A stretch of 64,000 nucleotides of DNA from Auanema rhodensis (Eukaryota > Animalia > Nematoda), in assembly GCA_964057225.1 (NCBI GenBank), contig OZ059899.1, positions 19,406,001-19,470,000 of the forward strand, in the 5' to 3' direction. Made by a program: the position numbers and the translations under genes. This document shows, one piece after another, positions 38,301 through 54,100 of the stretch (positions within the stretch are counted from its first letter, which is position 1; each line of letters begins with the position of its first letter). The notes under the pieces were generated by a model. That model had not been told where the DNA came from and made no database searches. It saw only the letters and a program-made list of their open reading frames with translations.

Positions 38301-40829
38301 TTATCAGATTTGCGCTATCTTAAAAATGCACCGAGATATCAACTGATATAAGTTCACACTTATATCCTCGATTTTCACCCTGAAGAATTAATTTCTTCGT
38401 TGAATAACATTGTCCATCGTCTTCGCCTTGAAAAAAGGAATCTAAAAACATCTATTTTTTGTGAAATTATCTTGAAATTTTTCGGAAAAATTTTTGTCAA
38501 AATGTTTTTGGAAGCTATGTTGAGTGTACATGGAAACTCAACATACACTAATGCATCATTTTTCAAACGATCATAACTAATTTTTGTATCGAGCGTTTCT
38601 CAATGTAGTATAGTGCATTCGATGCGGATTTTTAAGCTGCGTCGATCTATGTTATCAGATTTGCGCTATCTTAAAAATGCACCGAGATATCAACTGATAT
38701 AAGTTCACACTTATATCCTCGATTTTCAACCTGAAGAATTAATTTCTTCGTTGAATAACAATGTCCATCGTCTTCGCCTTAAAAAAAAATCTAAAAACAT
38801 CTACTTTTTGTGAAATTATTTTGAAATTTTTAGGGAAAATTTTTTTCAAAAAGTTTTTGGAAGCAATGTTGAGTGTACATGGAAACTCAACATACACTAA
38901 TACATCATTTTCTAAACGATCATAACTAATTTTTGTATTGAGGGTTTCTCAATGTAATATAGTGCATTCGATGCGGATTTTTAAGCTGCGTCGATCTATG
39001 TTATCAGATTTGCGCTATCTTAAAAATGCACCGAGATATCAACTGATATAAGTTCACACTTATATCCTCGATTTTCAACCTGAAGAATTAATTTCTTCGT
39101 TGAATAACAATGTCCATCGTCTTTGCCTTGAAAAAAGAAATCTAAAAACATCTACTTTTTGTGAAATTATTTTGAAATTTTTCGGGAAAATTTTTGTCAA
39201 AATGTTTTTGGAAGCAATGTTGAGTGTACATGGAAACTCAACATACACTAATACATCATTTTCTAAACGATCATAACTAATTTTTGTATTGAGGGTTTCT
39301 CAATGTAATATAGTGCATTCGATGCGGATTTTTAAGCTGCGTCGATCTATGTTATCAGATTTGCGCTATCTTAAAAATGCACCGATATATCAACTGATAT
39401 AAGTTCACACTTATATCCTCGATTTTCACCCTGAAGAATTAATTTTTTCGTTGAATATTATTGTCCATCGTCTTCGCCTTGAAAAAAGAAATCTAAAAAC
39501 ATCTACTTTTTGTGAAATTATTTTGAAATTTTCAGGGAAAATTTTTGTCAATATGTTTTTGGAAGCAATGTTGAGTGTACATGGAAACTCAACATACACT
39601 AATGCATCTTTTTTCAAACGATCATAACTAATTTTTGTATTGAGCGTTTCTCAATGTAGTATAGTGCATTCGATGCGGATTTTTAAGCTGCGTCGATCTG
39701 TGTTATCAGATTTGCGCTATCTTTAAAATGCACCGAGATATCAACTGTTATAAGTTCACACTTATATCCTCGATTTTCACCCTGAAGAATTAATTTTTTT
39801 GTTGAATAACATTGTCCATCGTCTTCGCCTTTAAAAAAGAAATCTAAAAACATCTACTTTTTGTGAAATTATCTTGAAATTTTTAGGGAAAATTTTTGTC
39901 AAAATGTTTTTGGAAGCAATGTTGAGTATACATGGAAACTCAACATACACTAATGCATCATTTTTCAAACGATCATAACTAATTTTTGTATTAAGCGTTT
40001 TTTAATGTAGTATAGTGCATTCGATGCGGATTTTTAAGCTGCGTCGATCTGTGTTATCAGATTTGCGCTATCTTTAAAATGCACCGAGATATCAACTGTT
40101 ATAAGTTCACACTTATATCCTCGATTTTCACCCTGAAGAATTAATTTTTTTGTTGAATAACATTGTCCATCGTCTTCGCCTTTAAAAAAGAAATCTAAAA
40201 ACATCTACTTTTTGTGAAATTATTTTGAAATTTTTAGGGAAAAATTTTGTCAAAATGTTTTTGGAAGCAATGTTGAGTGTACATGGAAACTCAACATACA
40301 CTAATGCATCATTTTTCAAACGATCATAACTAATTTTTGTATTAAGCGTTTCTCACTGTTGTATAGTGCATTCGATGCGGATTTTTAAGCTGCGTCGATC
40401 TGTGTTATCAGATTTGCGCTATCTTTAAAATGCACCGAGATATCAACTGATATATGTTCACACTTATATCCTCGATTTTCAACCTGAAGAATAAATTTCT
40501 TCGTTGAATAACAATGTCCATCGTCTTCGCCTTGAAAAAAAGAATCTAAAAACATCTAATTTTTGTGAAATTATCTTGAAATTTTTAGGGAAAATTTTTG
40601 TCAAAATGTTTTTGGAAGCAATGTTGAGTATACATGGAAACTCAACATACACTAATGCATCATTTTTCAAACGATCATAACTAATTTTTGTATTAAGCGT
40701 TTTTTAATGTAGTATAGTGCATTCGATGCGGATTTTTAAGCTGCGTCGATCTGTGTTATCAGATTTGCGCTAGCTTAAAAATGCACCGAGATATCAACTG
40801 ATATAAGTTCACACTTATATCCTCGATTT

Positions 40830-43800
40830 TCACCCTGAAGAATTAATTTCTTCGTTGAATAACATTGTCCATCGTCTTCGCCTTAAAAAAAGGAATCTAA
40901 AAACATCTATTTTTTGTGAAATTATCTTGAAATTTTTCGGAAAAATTTTTGTCAAAATGTTTTTGGAAGCTATGTTGAGTGTACATGGAAACTCAACATA
41001 CACTAATGCATCATTTTTCAAACGATCATAACTAATTTTTGTATCGAGCGTTTCTCAATGTAGTATAGTGCATTCGATGCGGATTTTTAAGCTGCGTCGA
41101 TCTATGTTATCAGATTTGCGCTATCTTAAAAATGCACCGAGATATCAACTGATATAAGTTCACACTTATATCCTCGATTTTCAACCTGAAGAATTAATTT
41201 CTTCGTTGAATAACAATGTCCATCGTCTTTGCCTTAAAAAAAAAATCTAAAAACATCTACTTTTTGTGAAATTATTTTGAAATTTTTAGGGAAAATTTTT
41301 GTCAAAAAGTTTTTGGAAGCAATGTTGAGTGTACATGGAAACTCAACATACACTAATGCATCATTTTTCAAACGATCATAACTAATTTTTGTATTGAGCG
41401 TTTCTCAATGTAGTATAGTGCATTCGATGCGGATTTTTAAGCTGCGTCGATCTATGTTATCAGATTTGCGCTATCTTAAAAATGCACCGAGATATCAACT
41501 GATATAAGTTCACACTTATATCCTCGATTTTCACCCTGAAGAATTAATTTCTTCGTTGAATAACATTGTCCATCGTCTTCGCCTTGAAAAAAGGAATCTA
41601 AAAACATCTATTTTTTGTGAAATTATCTTGAAATTTTTCGGAAAAATTTTTGTCAAAATGTTTTTGGAAGCTATGTTGAGTGTACATGGAAACTCAACAT
41701 ACACTAATGCATCATTTTTCAAACGATCATAACTAATTTTTGTATCGAGCGTTTCTCAATGTAGTATAGTGCATTCGATGCGGATTTTTAAGCTGCGTCG
41801 ATCTATGTTATCAGATTTGCGCTATCTTAAAAATGCACCGAGATATCAACTGATATAAGTTCACACTTATATCCTCGATTTTCAACCTGAAGAATTAATT
41901 TCTTCGTTGAATAACAATGTCCATCGTCTTTGCCTTAAAAAAAAAATCTAAAAACATCTACTTTTTGTGAAATTATTTTGAAATTTTTAGGGAAAATTTT
42001 TGTCAAAAAGTTTTTGGAAGCAATGTTGAGTGTACATGGAAACTCAACATACACTAATGCATCATTTTTCAAACGATCATAACTAATTTTTGTATTGAGC
42101 GTTTCTCAATGTAGTATAGTGCATTCGATGCGGATTTTTAAGCTGCGTCGATCTATGTTATCAGATTTGCGCTATCTTAAAAATGCACCGAGATATCAAC
42201 TGATATAAGTTCACACTTATATCCTCGATTTTCAACCTGAAGAATTAATTTCTTCGTTGAATAACATTGTCCATCGTCTTCGCCTTAAAAAAAGGAATCT
42301 AAAAACATCTATTTTTTGTGAAATTATCTTGAAATTTTTCGGAAAAATTTTTGTCAAAATGTTTTTGGAAGCTATGTTGAGTGTACATGGAAACTCAACA
42401 TACACTAATGCATCATTTTTCAAACGATCATAACTAATTTTTGTATCGAGCGTTTCTCAATGTAGTATAGTGCATTCGATGCGGATTTTTAAGCTGCGTC
42501 GATCTATGTTATCAGATTTGCGCTATCTTAAAAATGCACCGAGGTATCAACTGATATAAGTTCACACTTATATCCTCGATTTTCAACCTGAAGAATTAAT
42601 TTCTTCGTTGAATAACAATGTCCATCGTCTTTGCCTTAAAAAAAAAATCTAAAAACATCTACTTTTTGTGAAATTATTTTGAAATTTTTAGGGAAAATTT
42701 TTGTCAAAAAGTTTTTGGAAGCAATGTTGAGTGTACATGGAAACTCAACATACACTAATGCATCATTTTTCAAACGATCATAACTAATTTTTGTATTGAG
42801 CGTTTCTCAATGTAGTATAGTGCATTCGATGCGGATTTTTAAGCTGCGTCGATCTATGTTATCAGATTTGCGCTATCTTAAAAATGCACCGAGATATCAA
42901 CTGATATAAGTTCACACTTATATCCTCGATTTTCACCCTGAAGAATTAATTTCTTCGTTGAATAACATTGTCCATCGTCTTCGCCTTGAAAAAAGGAATC
43001 TAAAAACATCTATTTTTTGTGAAATTATCTTGAAATTTTTCGGAAAAATTTTTGTCAAAATGTTTTTGGAAGCTATGTTGAGTGTACATGGAAACTCAAC
43101 ATACACTAATGCATCATTTTTCAAACGATCATAACTAATTTTTGTATCGAGCGTTTCTCAATGTAGTATAGTGCATTCGATGCGGATTTTTAAGCTGCGT
43201 CGATCTATGTTATCAGATTTGCGCTATCTTAAAAATGCACCGAGATATCAACTGATATAAGTTCACACTTATATCCTCGATTTTCAACCTGAAGAATTAA
43301 TTTCTTCGTTGAATAACAATGTCCATCGTCTTTGCCTTAAAAAAAAAATCTAAAAACATCTACTTTTTGTGAAATTATTTTGAAATTTTTAGGGAAAATT
43401 TTTGTCAAAAAGTTTTTGGAAGCAATGTTGAGTGTACATGGAAACTCAACATACACTAATGCATCATTTTTCAAACGATCATAACTAATTTTTGTATTGA
43501 GCGTTTCTCAATGTAGTATAGTGCATTCGATGCGGATTTTTAAGCTGCGTCGATCTATGTTATCAGATTTGCGCTATCTTAAAAATGCACCGAGATATCA
43601 ACTGATATAAGTTCACACTTATATCCTCGATTTTCAACCTGAAGAATTAATTTCTTCGTTGAATAACATTGTCCATCGTCTTCGCCTTAAAAAAAGGAAT
43701 CTAAAAACATCTATTTTTTGTGAAATTATCTTGAAATTTTTCGGAAAAATTTTTGTCAAAATGTTTTTGGAAGCTATGTTGAGTGTACATGGAAACTCAA

Positions 43801-43980
43801 CATACACTAATGCATCATTTTTCAAACGATCATAACTAATTTTTGAATCGAGCGTTTCTCAATGTAGTATAGTGCATTCGATGCGGATTTTTAAGCTGCG
43901 TCGATCTGTGTTATCAGATTTGCGCTAGCTTAAAAATGCACCGAGATATCAACTGATATAAGTTCACACTTATATCCTCG
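40830..43980. repeat. Array B dimer run (701 bp = 351+350) with a superimposed 1402-bp period
   Basis: The TTTTTCGGAAAAA/GAAGCTATG monomer alternates with an A10/AAAAGTTTTT monomer, with anchors at 40830, 41531, 42232, 42933 and 43634. GCCTTAAAAAAAGG and GCCTTGAAAAAAGG alternate between successive dimers. Confidence 0.88.
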
Positions 43981-46900
43981 ATTTTCACCCTGAAGAATTA
44001 ATTTCTTCGTTGAATAACAATGTCCATCGTCTTTGCCTTAAAAAAAAAATCTAAAAACATCTACTTTTTGTGAAATTATTTTGAAATTTTTAGGGAAAAT
44101 TTTTGTCAAAAAGTTTTTGGAAGCAATGTTGAGTGTACATGGAAACTCAACATACACTAATGCATCATTTTTCAAACGATCATAACTAATTTTTGTATTG
44201 AGCGTTTCTCAATGTAGTATAGTGCATTCGATGCGGATTTTTAAGCTGCGTCGATCTATGTTATCAGATTTGCGCTATCTTAAAAATGCACCGAGATATC
44301 AACTGATATAAGTTCACACTTATATCCTCGATTTTCAACCTGAAGAATTAATTTCTTCGTTGAATAACAATGTCCATCGTCTTCGCCTTAAAAAAAAAAT
44401 CTAAAAACATCTACTTTTTGTGAAATTATTTTGAAATTTTTAGGGAAAATTTTTGTCAAAAAGTTTTTGGAAGCAATGTTGAGTGTACATGGAAACTCAA
44501 CATACACTAATGCATCATTTTTCAAACGATATATAACTAATTTTTGTATTGAGCGTTTCTCAATGTAGTATAGTGCATTCCATGCGGATTTTTAAGCTGC
44601 GTCGATCTATGTTATCAGATTTGCGCTATCTTAAAAATGCACCGAGATATCAACTGATATAAGTTCACACTTATATCCTCGATTTTCAACCTGAAGAATT
44701 AATTTTTTCGTTGAATATTATTGTCCATCGTCTTCGCCTTGAAAAAAGAAATCTAAAAACATCTACTTTTTGTGAAATTATTTTGAAATTTTCAGGGAAA
44801 ATTTTTGTCAATATGTTTTTGGAAGCAATGTTGAGTGTACATGGAAACTCAACATACACTAATGCATCTTTTTTCAAACGATCATAACTAATTTTTGTAT
44901 TGAGCGTTTCTCAATGTAGTATAGTGCATTCGATGCGGATTTTTAAGCTGCGTCGATCTGTGTTATCAGATTTGCGCTATCTTTAAAATGCACCGAGATA
45001 TCAACTGTTATAAGTTCACACTTATATCCTCGATTTTCACCCTGAAGAATTAATTTTTTTGTTGAATAACATTGTCCATCGTCTTCGCCTTTAAAAAAGA
45101 AATCTAAAAACATCTACTTTTTGTGAAATTATCTTGAAATTTTTAGGGAAAATTTTTGTCAAAATGTTTTTGGAAGCAATGTTGAGTATACATGGAAACT
45201 CAACATACACTAATGCATCATTTTTCAAACGATCATAACTAATTTTTGTATTAAGCGTTTTTTAATGTAGTATAGTGCATTCGATGCGGATTTTTAAGCT
45301 GCGTCGATCTGTGTTATCAGATTTGCGCTATCTTTAAAATGCACCGAGATATCAACTGTTATAAGTTCACACTTATATCCTCGATTTTCACCCTGAAGAA
45401 TTAATTTTTTTGTTGAATAACATTGTCCATCGTCTTCGCCTTTAAAAAAGAAATCTAAAAACATCTACTTTTTGTGAAATTATTTTGAAATTTTTAGGGA
45501 AAAATTTTGTCAAAATGTTTTTGGAAGCAATGTTGAGTGTACATGGAAACTCAACATACACTAATGCATCATTTTTCAAACGATCATAACTAATTTTTGT
45601 ATTAAGCGTTTCTCACTGTTGTATAGTGCATTCGATGCGGATTTTTAAGCTGCGTCGATCTGTGTTATCAGATTTGCGCTATCTTTAAAATGCACCGAGA
45701 TATCAACTGATATATGTTCACACTTATATCCTCGATTTTCAACCTGAAGAATAAATTTCTTCGTTGAATAACAATGTCCATCGTCTTCGCCTTGAAAAAA
45801 AGAATCTAAAAACATCTAATTTTTGTGAAATTATCTTGAAATTTTTAGGGAAAATTTTTGTCAAAATGTTTTTGGAAGCAATGTTGAGTATACATGGAAA
45901 CTCAACATACACTAATGCATCATTTTTCAAACGATCATAACTAATTTTTGTATTAAGCGTTTTTTAATGTAGTATAGTGCATTCGATGCGGATTTTTAAG
46001 CTGCGTCGATCTGTGTTATCAGATTTGCGCTAGCTTAAAAATGCACCGAGATATCAACTGATATAAGTTCACACTTATATCCTCGATTTTCACCCTGAAG
46101 AATTAATTTCTTCGTTGAATAACATTGTCCATCGTCTTCGCCTTGAAAAAAGGAATCTAAAAACATCTATTTTTTGTGAAATTATCTTGAAATTTTTCGG
46201 AAAAATTTTTGTCAAAATGTTTTTGGAAGCTATGTTGAGTGTACATGGAAACTCAACATACACTAATGCATCATTTTTCAAACGATCATAACTAATTTTT
46301 GTATCGAGCGTTTCTCAATGTAGTATAGTGCATTCGATGCGGATTTTTAAGCTGCGTCGATCTATGTTATCAGATTTGCGCTATCTTAAAAATGCACCGA
46401 GATATCAACTGATATAAGTTCACACTTATATCCTCGATTTTCAACCTGAAGAATTAATTTCTTCGTTGAATAACAATGTCCATCGTCTTCGCCTTAAAAA
46501 AAAAATCTAAAAACATCTACTTTTTGTGAAATTATTTTGAAATTTTTAGGGAAAATTTTTGTCAAAAAGTTTTTGGAAGCAATGTTGAGTGTACATGGAA
46601 ACTCAACATACACTAATGCATCATTTTTCAAACGATCATAACTAATTTTTGTATTGAGCGTTTCTCAATGTAGTATAGTGCATTCGATGCGGATTTTTAA
46701 GCTGCGTCGATCTATGTTATCAGATTTGCGCTATCTTAAAAATGCACCGAGATATCAACTGATATAAGTTCACACTTATATCCTCGATTTTCAACCTGAA
46801 GAATTAATTTTTTCGTTGAATATTATTGTCCATCGTCTTCGCCTTGAAAAAAGAAATCTAAAAACATCTACTTTTTGTGAAATTATCTTGAAATTTTTCG

Positions 46901-49900
46901 GAAAAATTTTTGTCAATATGTTTTTGGAAGCTATGTTGAGTGTACATGGAAACTCAACATACACTAATGCATCTTTTTTCAAACGATCATAACTAATTTT
47001 TGTATTGAGCGTTTCTCAATGTAGTATAGTGCATTCGATGCGGATTTTTAAGCTGCGTCGATCTGTGTTATCAGATTTGCGCTATCTTTAAAATGCACCG
47101 AGATATCAACTGTTATAAGTTCACACTTATATCCTCGATTTTCACCCTGAAGAATTAATTTTTTTGTTGAATAACATTGTCCATCGTCTTCGCCTTTAAA
47201 AAAGAAATCTAAAAACATCTACTTTTTGTGAAATTATCTTGAAATTTTTAGGGAAAAATTTTGTCAAAATGTTTTTGGAAGCAATGTTGAGTGTACATGG
47301 AAACTCAACATACACTAATGCATCATTTTTCAAACGATCATAACTAATTTTTGTATTAAGCGTTTCTCACTGTTGTATAGTGCATTCGATGCGGATTTTT
47401 AAGCTGCGTCGATCTGTGTTATCAGATTTGCGCTATCTTTAAAATGCACCGAGATATCAACTGATATATGTTCACACTTATATCCTCGATTTTCAACCTG
47501 AAGAATTAATTTCTTCGTTGAATAACAATGTCCATCGTCTTCGCCTTGTAAAAAAGAATCTAAAAACATCTAATTTTTGTGAAATTATCTTGAAATTTTT
47601 AGGGAAAATTTTTGTCAAAATGTTTTTGGAAGCAATGTTGAGTATACATGGAAACTCAACATACACTAATGCATCATTTTTCAAACGATCATAACTAATT
47701 TTTGTATTAAGCGTTTTTTAATGTAGTATAGTGCATTCGATGCGGATTTTTAAGCTGCGTCGATCTGTGTTATCAGATTTGCGCTAGCTTAAAAATGCAC
47801 CGAGATATCAACTGATATAAGTTCACACTTATATCCTCGATTTTCACCCTGAAGAATTAATTTCTTCGTTGAATAACATTGTCCATCGTCTTCGCCTTGA
47901 AAAAAGGAATCTAAAAACATCTATTTTTTGTGAAATTATCTTGAAATTTTTCGGAAAAATTTTTGTCAAAATGTTTTTGGAAGCTATGTTGAGTGTACAT
48001 GGAAACTCAACATACACTAATGCATCATTTTTCAAACGATCATAACTAATTTTTGTATCGAGCGTTTCTCAATGTAGTATAGTGCATTCGATGCGGATTT
48101 TTAAGCTGCGTCGATCTATGTTATCAGATTTGCGCTATCTTAAAAATGCACCGAGATATCAACTGATATAAGTTCACACTTATATCCTCGATTTTCAACC
48201 TGAAGAATTAATTTCTTCGTTGAATAACAATGTCCATCGTCTTTGCCTTAAAAAAAAAATCTAAAAACATCTACTTTTTGTGAAATTATTTTGAAATTTT
48301 TAGGGAAAATTTTTGTCAAAAAGTTTTTGGAAGCAATGTTGAGTGTACATGGAAACTCAACATACACTAATGCATCATTTTTCAAACGATCATAACTAAT
48401 TTTTGTATTGAGCGTTTCTCAATGTAGTATAGTGCATTCGATGCGGATTTTTAAGCTGCGTCGATCTATGTTATCAGATTTGCGCTATCTTAAAAATGCA
48501 CCGAGATATCAACTGATATAAGTTCACACTTATATCCTCGATTTTCAACCTGAAGAATTAATTTCTTCGTTGAATAACATTGTCCATCGTCTTCGCCTTA
48601 AAAAAAGGAATCTAAAAACATCTATTTTTTGTGAAATTATCTTGAAATTTTTCGGAAAAATTTTTGTCAAAATGTTTTTGGAAGCTATGTTGAGTGTACA
48701 TGGAAACTCAACATACACTAATGCATCATTTTTCAAACGATCATAACTAATTTTTGTATCGAGCGTTTCTCAATGTAGTATAGTGCATTCGATGCGGATT
48801 TTTAAGCTGCGTCGATCTGTGTTATCAGATTTGCGCTAGCTTAAAAATGCACCGAGATATCAACTGATATAAGTTCACACTTATATCCTCGATTTTCACC
48901 CTGAAGAATTAATTTCTTCGTTGAATAACAATGTCCATCGTCTTTGCCTTAAAAAAAAAATCTAAAAACATCTACTTTTTGTGAAATTATTTTGAAATTT
49001 TTAGGGAAAATTTTTGTCAAAAAGTTTTTGGAAGCAATGTTGAGTGTACATGGAAACTCAACATACACTAATGCATCATTTTTCAAACGATCATAACTAA
49101 TTTTTGTATTGAGCGTTTCTCAATGTAGTATAGTGCATTCGATGCGGATTTTTAAGCTGCGTCGATCTATGTTATCAGATTTGCGCTATCTTAAAAATGC
49201 ACCGAGATATCAACTGATATAAGTTCACACTTATATCCTCGATTTTCAACCTGAAGAATTAATTTCTTCGTTGAATAACAATGTCCATCGTCTTCGCCTT
49301 AAAAAAAAAATCTAAAAACATCTACTTTTTGTGAAATTATTTTGAAATTTTTAGGGAAAATTTTTGTCAAAAAGTTTTTGGAAGCAATGTTGAGTGTACA
49401 TGGAAACTCAACATACACTAATGCATCATTTTTCAAACGATATATAACTAATTTTTGTATTGAGCGTTTCTCAATGTAGTATAGTGCATTCCATGCGGAT
49501 TTTTAAGCTGCGTCGATCTATGTTATCAGATTTGCGCTATCTTAAAAATGCACCGAGATATCAACTGATATAAGTTCACACTTATATCCTCGATTTTCAA
49601 CCTGAAGAATTAATTTCTTCGTTGAATAACAATGTCCATCGTCTTTGCCTTGAAAAAAGAAATCTAAAAACATCTACTTTTTGTGAAATTATTTTGAAAT
49701 TTTTCGGGAAAATTTTTGTCAAAATGTTTTTGGAAGCAATGTTGAGTGTACATGGAAACTCAACATACACTAATACATCATTTTCTAAACGATCATAACT
49801 AATTTTTGTATTGAGGGTTTCTCAATGTAATATAGTGCATTCGATGCGGATTTTTAAGCTGCGTCGATCTATGTTATCAGATTTGCGCTATCTTAAAAAT

Positions 49901-51199
49901 GCACCGATATATCAACTGATATAAGTTCACACTTATATCCTCGATTTTCACCCTGAAGAATTAATTTTTTCGTTGAATATTATTGTCCATCGTCTTCGCC
50001 TTGAAAAAAGAAATCTAAAAACATCTACTTTTTGTGAAATTATTTTGAAATTTTCAGGGAAAATTTTTGTCAATATGTTTTTGGAAGCAATGTTGAGTGT
50101 ACATGAAAACTCAACATACACTAATGCATCTTTTTTCAAACGATCATAACTAATTTTTGTATTGAGCGTTCCTCAATGTAGTATAGTGCATTTGATGCGG
50201 ATTTTTAAGCTGCGTCGATCTGTGTTATCAGATTTGCGCTATCTTAAAAATGCACCGAGATATCAACTGATATAAGTTCACACTTATATCCTCGATTTTC
50301 AACCTGAAGAATTAATTTCTTCGTTGAATAACAATGTCCATCGTCTTCGCCTTAAAAAAAAAAATCTAAAAACATCTACTTTTTGTGAAATTATTTTGAA
50401 ATTTTTAGGGAAAATTTTTGTCAAAAAGTTTTTGGAAGCAATGTTGAGTGTACATGGAAACTCAACATACACTAATGCATCATTTTTCAAACGATCATAA
50501 CTAATTTTTGTATTGAGCGTTTCTCAATGTAGTATAGTGCATTCGATGCGGACTTTTAAGCTGCGTCGTTCTGTGTTATCAGATTTGCGCTAGCTTAAAC
50601 ATGCACCGAGATATCAACTGTTATAAGTTCACACTTATATCCTCGATTTTCAACCTGAAGAATTAATTTCTTCGTTGAATAACAATGTCCATCGTCTTCG
50701 CCTTAAAAAAAAAATCCAAAAACATCTACTTTTTGTGAAATTATTTTGAAATTTTTAGGGAAAATTTTTGTCAAAAAGTTTTTGGAAGCAATGTTGAGTG
50801 TACATGGAAACTCAACATACACTAATGCATCATTTTTCAAACGATCATAACTAATTTTTGTATTGAGGGTTTCTCAATGTAGTATAGTGCATTCGATGCG
50901 GATTTTTAAGCTGCGTCGATCTGTGTTATCAGATTTGCGCTATCTTAAAAATGCACCGAGATATCAACTGATATAAGTTCACACTTATATCCTCGATTTT
51001 CAACCTGAAGAATTAATTTCTTCGTTGAATAACAATGTCCATCGTCTTTGCCTTAAAAAAAAAAATCTAAAAACATCTACTTTTTGTGAAATTATTTTGA
51101 AATTTTTAGGGAAAATTTTTGTCAAAAAGTTTTTGGAAGCAATGTTGAGTGTACATGGAAACTCAACATACACTAATGCATCATTTTTCAAACGATCAT

Positions 51200-54100
51200 A
51201 ACTAATTTTTGTATCGAGCGTTTCTCAATGTAGTATAGTGCATTCGATGCGGATTTTTAAGCTGCGTCGATCTATGTTATCAGATTTGCGCTATCTTAAA
51301 AATGCACCGAGATATCAACTGATATAAGTTCACACTTATATCCTCGATTTTCAACCTGAAGAATTAATTTCTTCGTTGAATAACAATGTCCATCGTCTTC
51401 GCCTTAAAAAAAAAATCTAAAAACATCTACTTTTTGTGAAATTATTTTGAAATTTTTAGGGAAAATTTTTGTCAAAAAGTTTTTGGAAGCAATGTTGAGT
51501 GTACATGGAAACTCAACATACACTAATGCATCATTTTTCAAACGATCATAACTAATTTTTGTATTGAGGGTTTCTCAATGTAGTATAGTGCATTCGATGC
51601 GGATTTTTAAGCTGCGTCGATCTGTGTTATCAGATTTGCGCTATCTTAAAAATGCACCGAGATATCAACTGATATAAGTTCACACTTATATCCTCGATTT
51701 TCAACCTGAAGAATTAATTTCTTCGTTGAATAACAATGTCCATCGTCTTCGCCTTAAAAAAAAAAATCTAAAAACATCTACTTTTTGTGAAATTATTTTG
51801 AAATTTTTAGGGAAAATTTTTGTCAAAAAGTTTTTGGAAGCAATGTTGAGTGTACATGGAAACTCAACATACACTAATGCATCATTTTTCAAACGATCAT
51901 AACTAATTTTTGTATCGAGCGTTTCTCAATGTAGTATAGTGCATTCGATGCGGATTTTTAAGCTGCGTCGATCTATGTTATCAGATTTGCGCTATCTTAA
52001 AAATGCACCGAGATATCAACTGATATAAGTTCACACTTATATCCTCGATTTTCACCCTGAAGAATTAATTTTTTCGTTGAATAACATTGTCCATCGTCTT
52101 CGCCTTGAAAAAAGAAATCTAAAAACATCTACTTTTTGTGAAATTATTTTGAAATTTTCAGGGAAAATTTTTGTCAATATGTTTTTGGAAGCAATGTTGA
52201 GTGTACATGGAAACTCAACATACACTAATGCATCATTTTCTAAACGATCATAACTAATTTTTGTATCGAGCGTTTCTCAATGTAGTATAGTGCATTCGAT
52301 GCGGATTTTTAAGCTGCGTCGATCTATGTTATCAGATTTGCGCTATCTTAAAAATGCACCGAGATATCAACTGATATAAGTTCACACTTATATCCTCGAT
52401 TTTCAACCTGAAGAATTAATTTCTTCGTTGAATAACAATGTCCATCGTCTTCACCTTGAAAAAAGGAATCTAAAAACATCTACTTTTTGTGAAATTATTT
52501 TGAAATTTTTAGGGAAAATTTTTGTCAAAATGTTTTTGAAAGCAATGTTGAGTGTACATGGAAACTCAACATACACTAATGCATCATTTTTCAAACGATC
52601 ATAACTAATTTTTGTATTGAGGGTTTCTCAATGTAGTATAGTGCATTCGATGCGGATTTTTAAGCTGCGTCGATCTATGTTATCAGATTTGCGCTATCTT
52701 AAAAATGCACCGAGATATCAACTGATATAAGTTCACACTTATATCCTCGATTTTCACCCTGAAGAATTAATTTTTTCGTTGAATAACATTGTCCATCGTC
52801 TTCGCCTTGAAAAAAGGAATCTAAAAACATCTACTTTTTGTGAAATTATTTTGAAATTTTCAGGGAAAATTTTTGTCAAAATGTTTTTGGAAGCAATGTT
52901 GAGTGTACATGGAAACTCAACATACACTAATGCATCATTTTTCAAACGATCATAACTAATTTTTGTATTGAGCGTTTCTCAATGTAGTATAGTGCATTCG
53001 ATGCGGATTTTTAAGCTGCGTCGATCTATGTTATCAGATTTGCGCTATCTTAAAAATGCACCGAGATATCAACTGATATAAGTTCACACTTATATCCTCG
53101 ATTTTCAACCTGAAGAATTAATTTCTTCGTTGAATAACAATGTCCATCGTCTTCGCCTTAAAAAAAAAATCTAAAAACATCTACTTTTTGTGAAATAATT
53201 TTGAAATTTTTAGGGAAAATTTTTGTCAAAAAGTTTTTGGAAGCAATGTTGAGTGTACATGGAAACTCAACATACACTAATGCATCATTTTTCAAACGAT
53301 CATAACTAATTTTTGTATTGAGCGTTTCTCAATGTAGTATAGTGCATTCGATGCGGATTTTTAAGCTGCGTCGATCTATGTTATCAGATTTGCGCTATCT
53401 TAAAATGCACCGAGATATCAACTGATATAAGTTCACACTTATATCCTCGATTTTCACCCTGAAGAATTAATTTTTTCGTTGAATAACATTGTCCATCGTC
53501 TTCGCCTTGAAAAAAGGAATCTAAAAACATCTACTTTTTGTGAAATTATTTTGAAATTTTTAGGGAAAATTTTTGTCAAAAAGTTTTTGGAAGCAATGTT
53601 GAGTGTACATGGAAACTCAATATACACTAATGCATCATTTTTCAAACGATCATAACTAATTTTTGTATCGAGCGTTTCTCAATGTAGTATAGTGCATTCG
53701 ATGCGGATTTTTAAGCTGCGTCGATCTATGTTATCAGATTTGCGCTATCTTAAAAATGCACCGAGATATCAACTGATATAAGTTCACACTTATATCCTCG
53801 ATTTTCAACCTGAAGAATTAATTTCTTCGTTGAATAACAATGTCCATCGTCTTCGCCTTAAAAAAAAATCTAAAAACATCTACTTTTTGTGAAATTATTT
53901 TGAAATTTTTAGGGAAAATTTTTGTCAAAAAGTTTTTGGAAGCAATGTTGAGTGTACATGGAAACTCAACATACACTAATGCATCATTTTTCAAACGATC
54001 ATAACTAATTTTTGTATTGAGCGTTTCTCAATGTAGTATAGTGCATTCGATGCGGATTTTTAAGCTGCGTCGATCTATGTTATCAGATTTGCGCTAGCTT

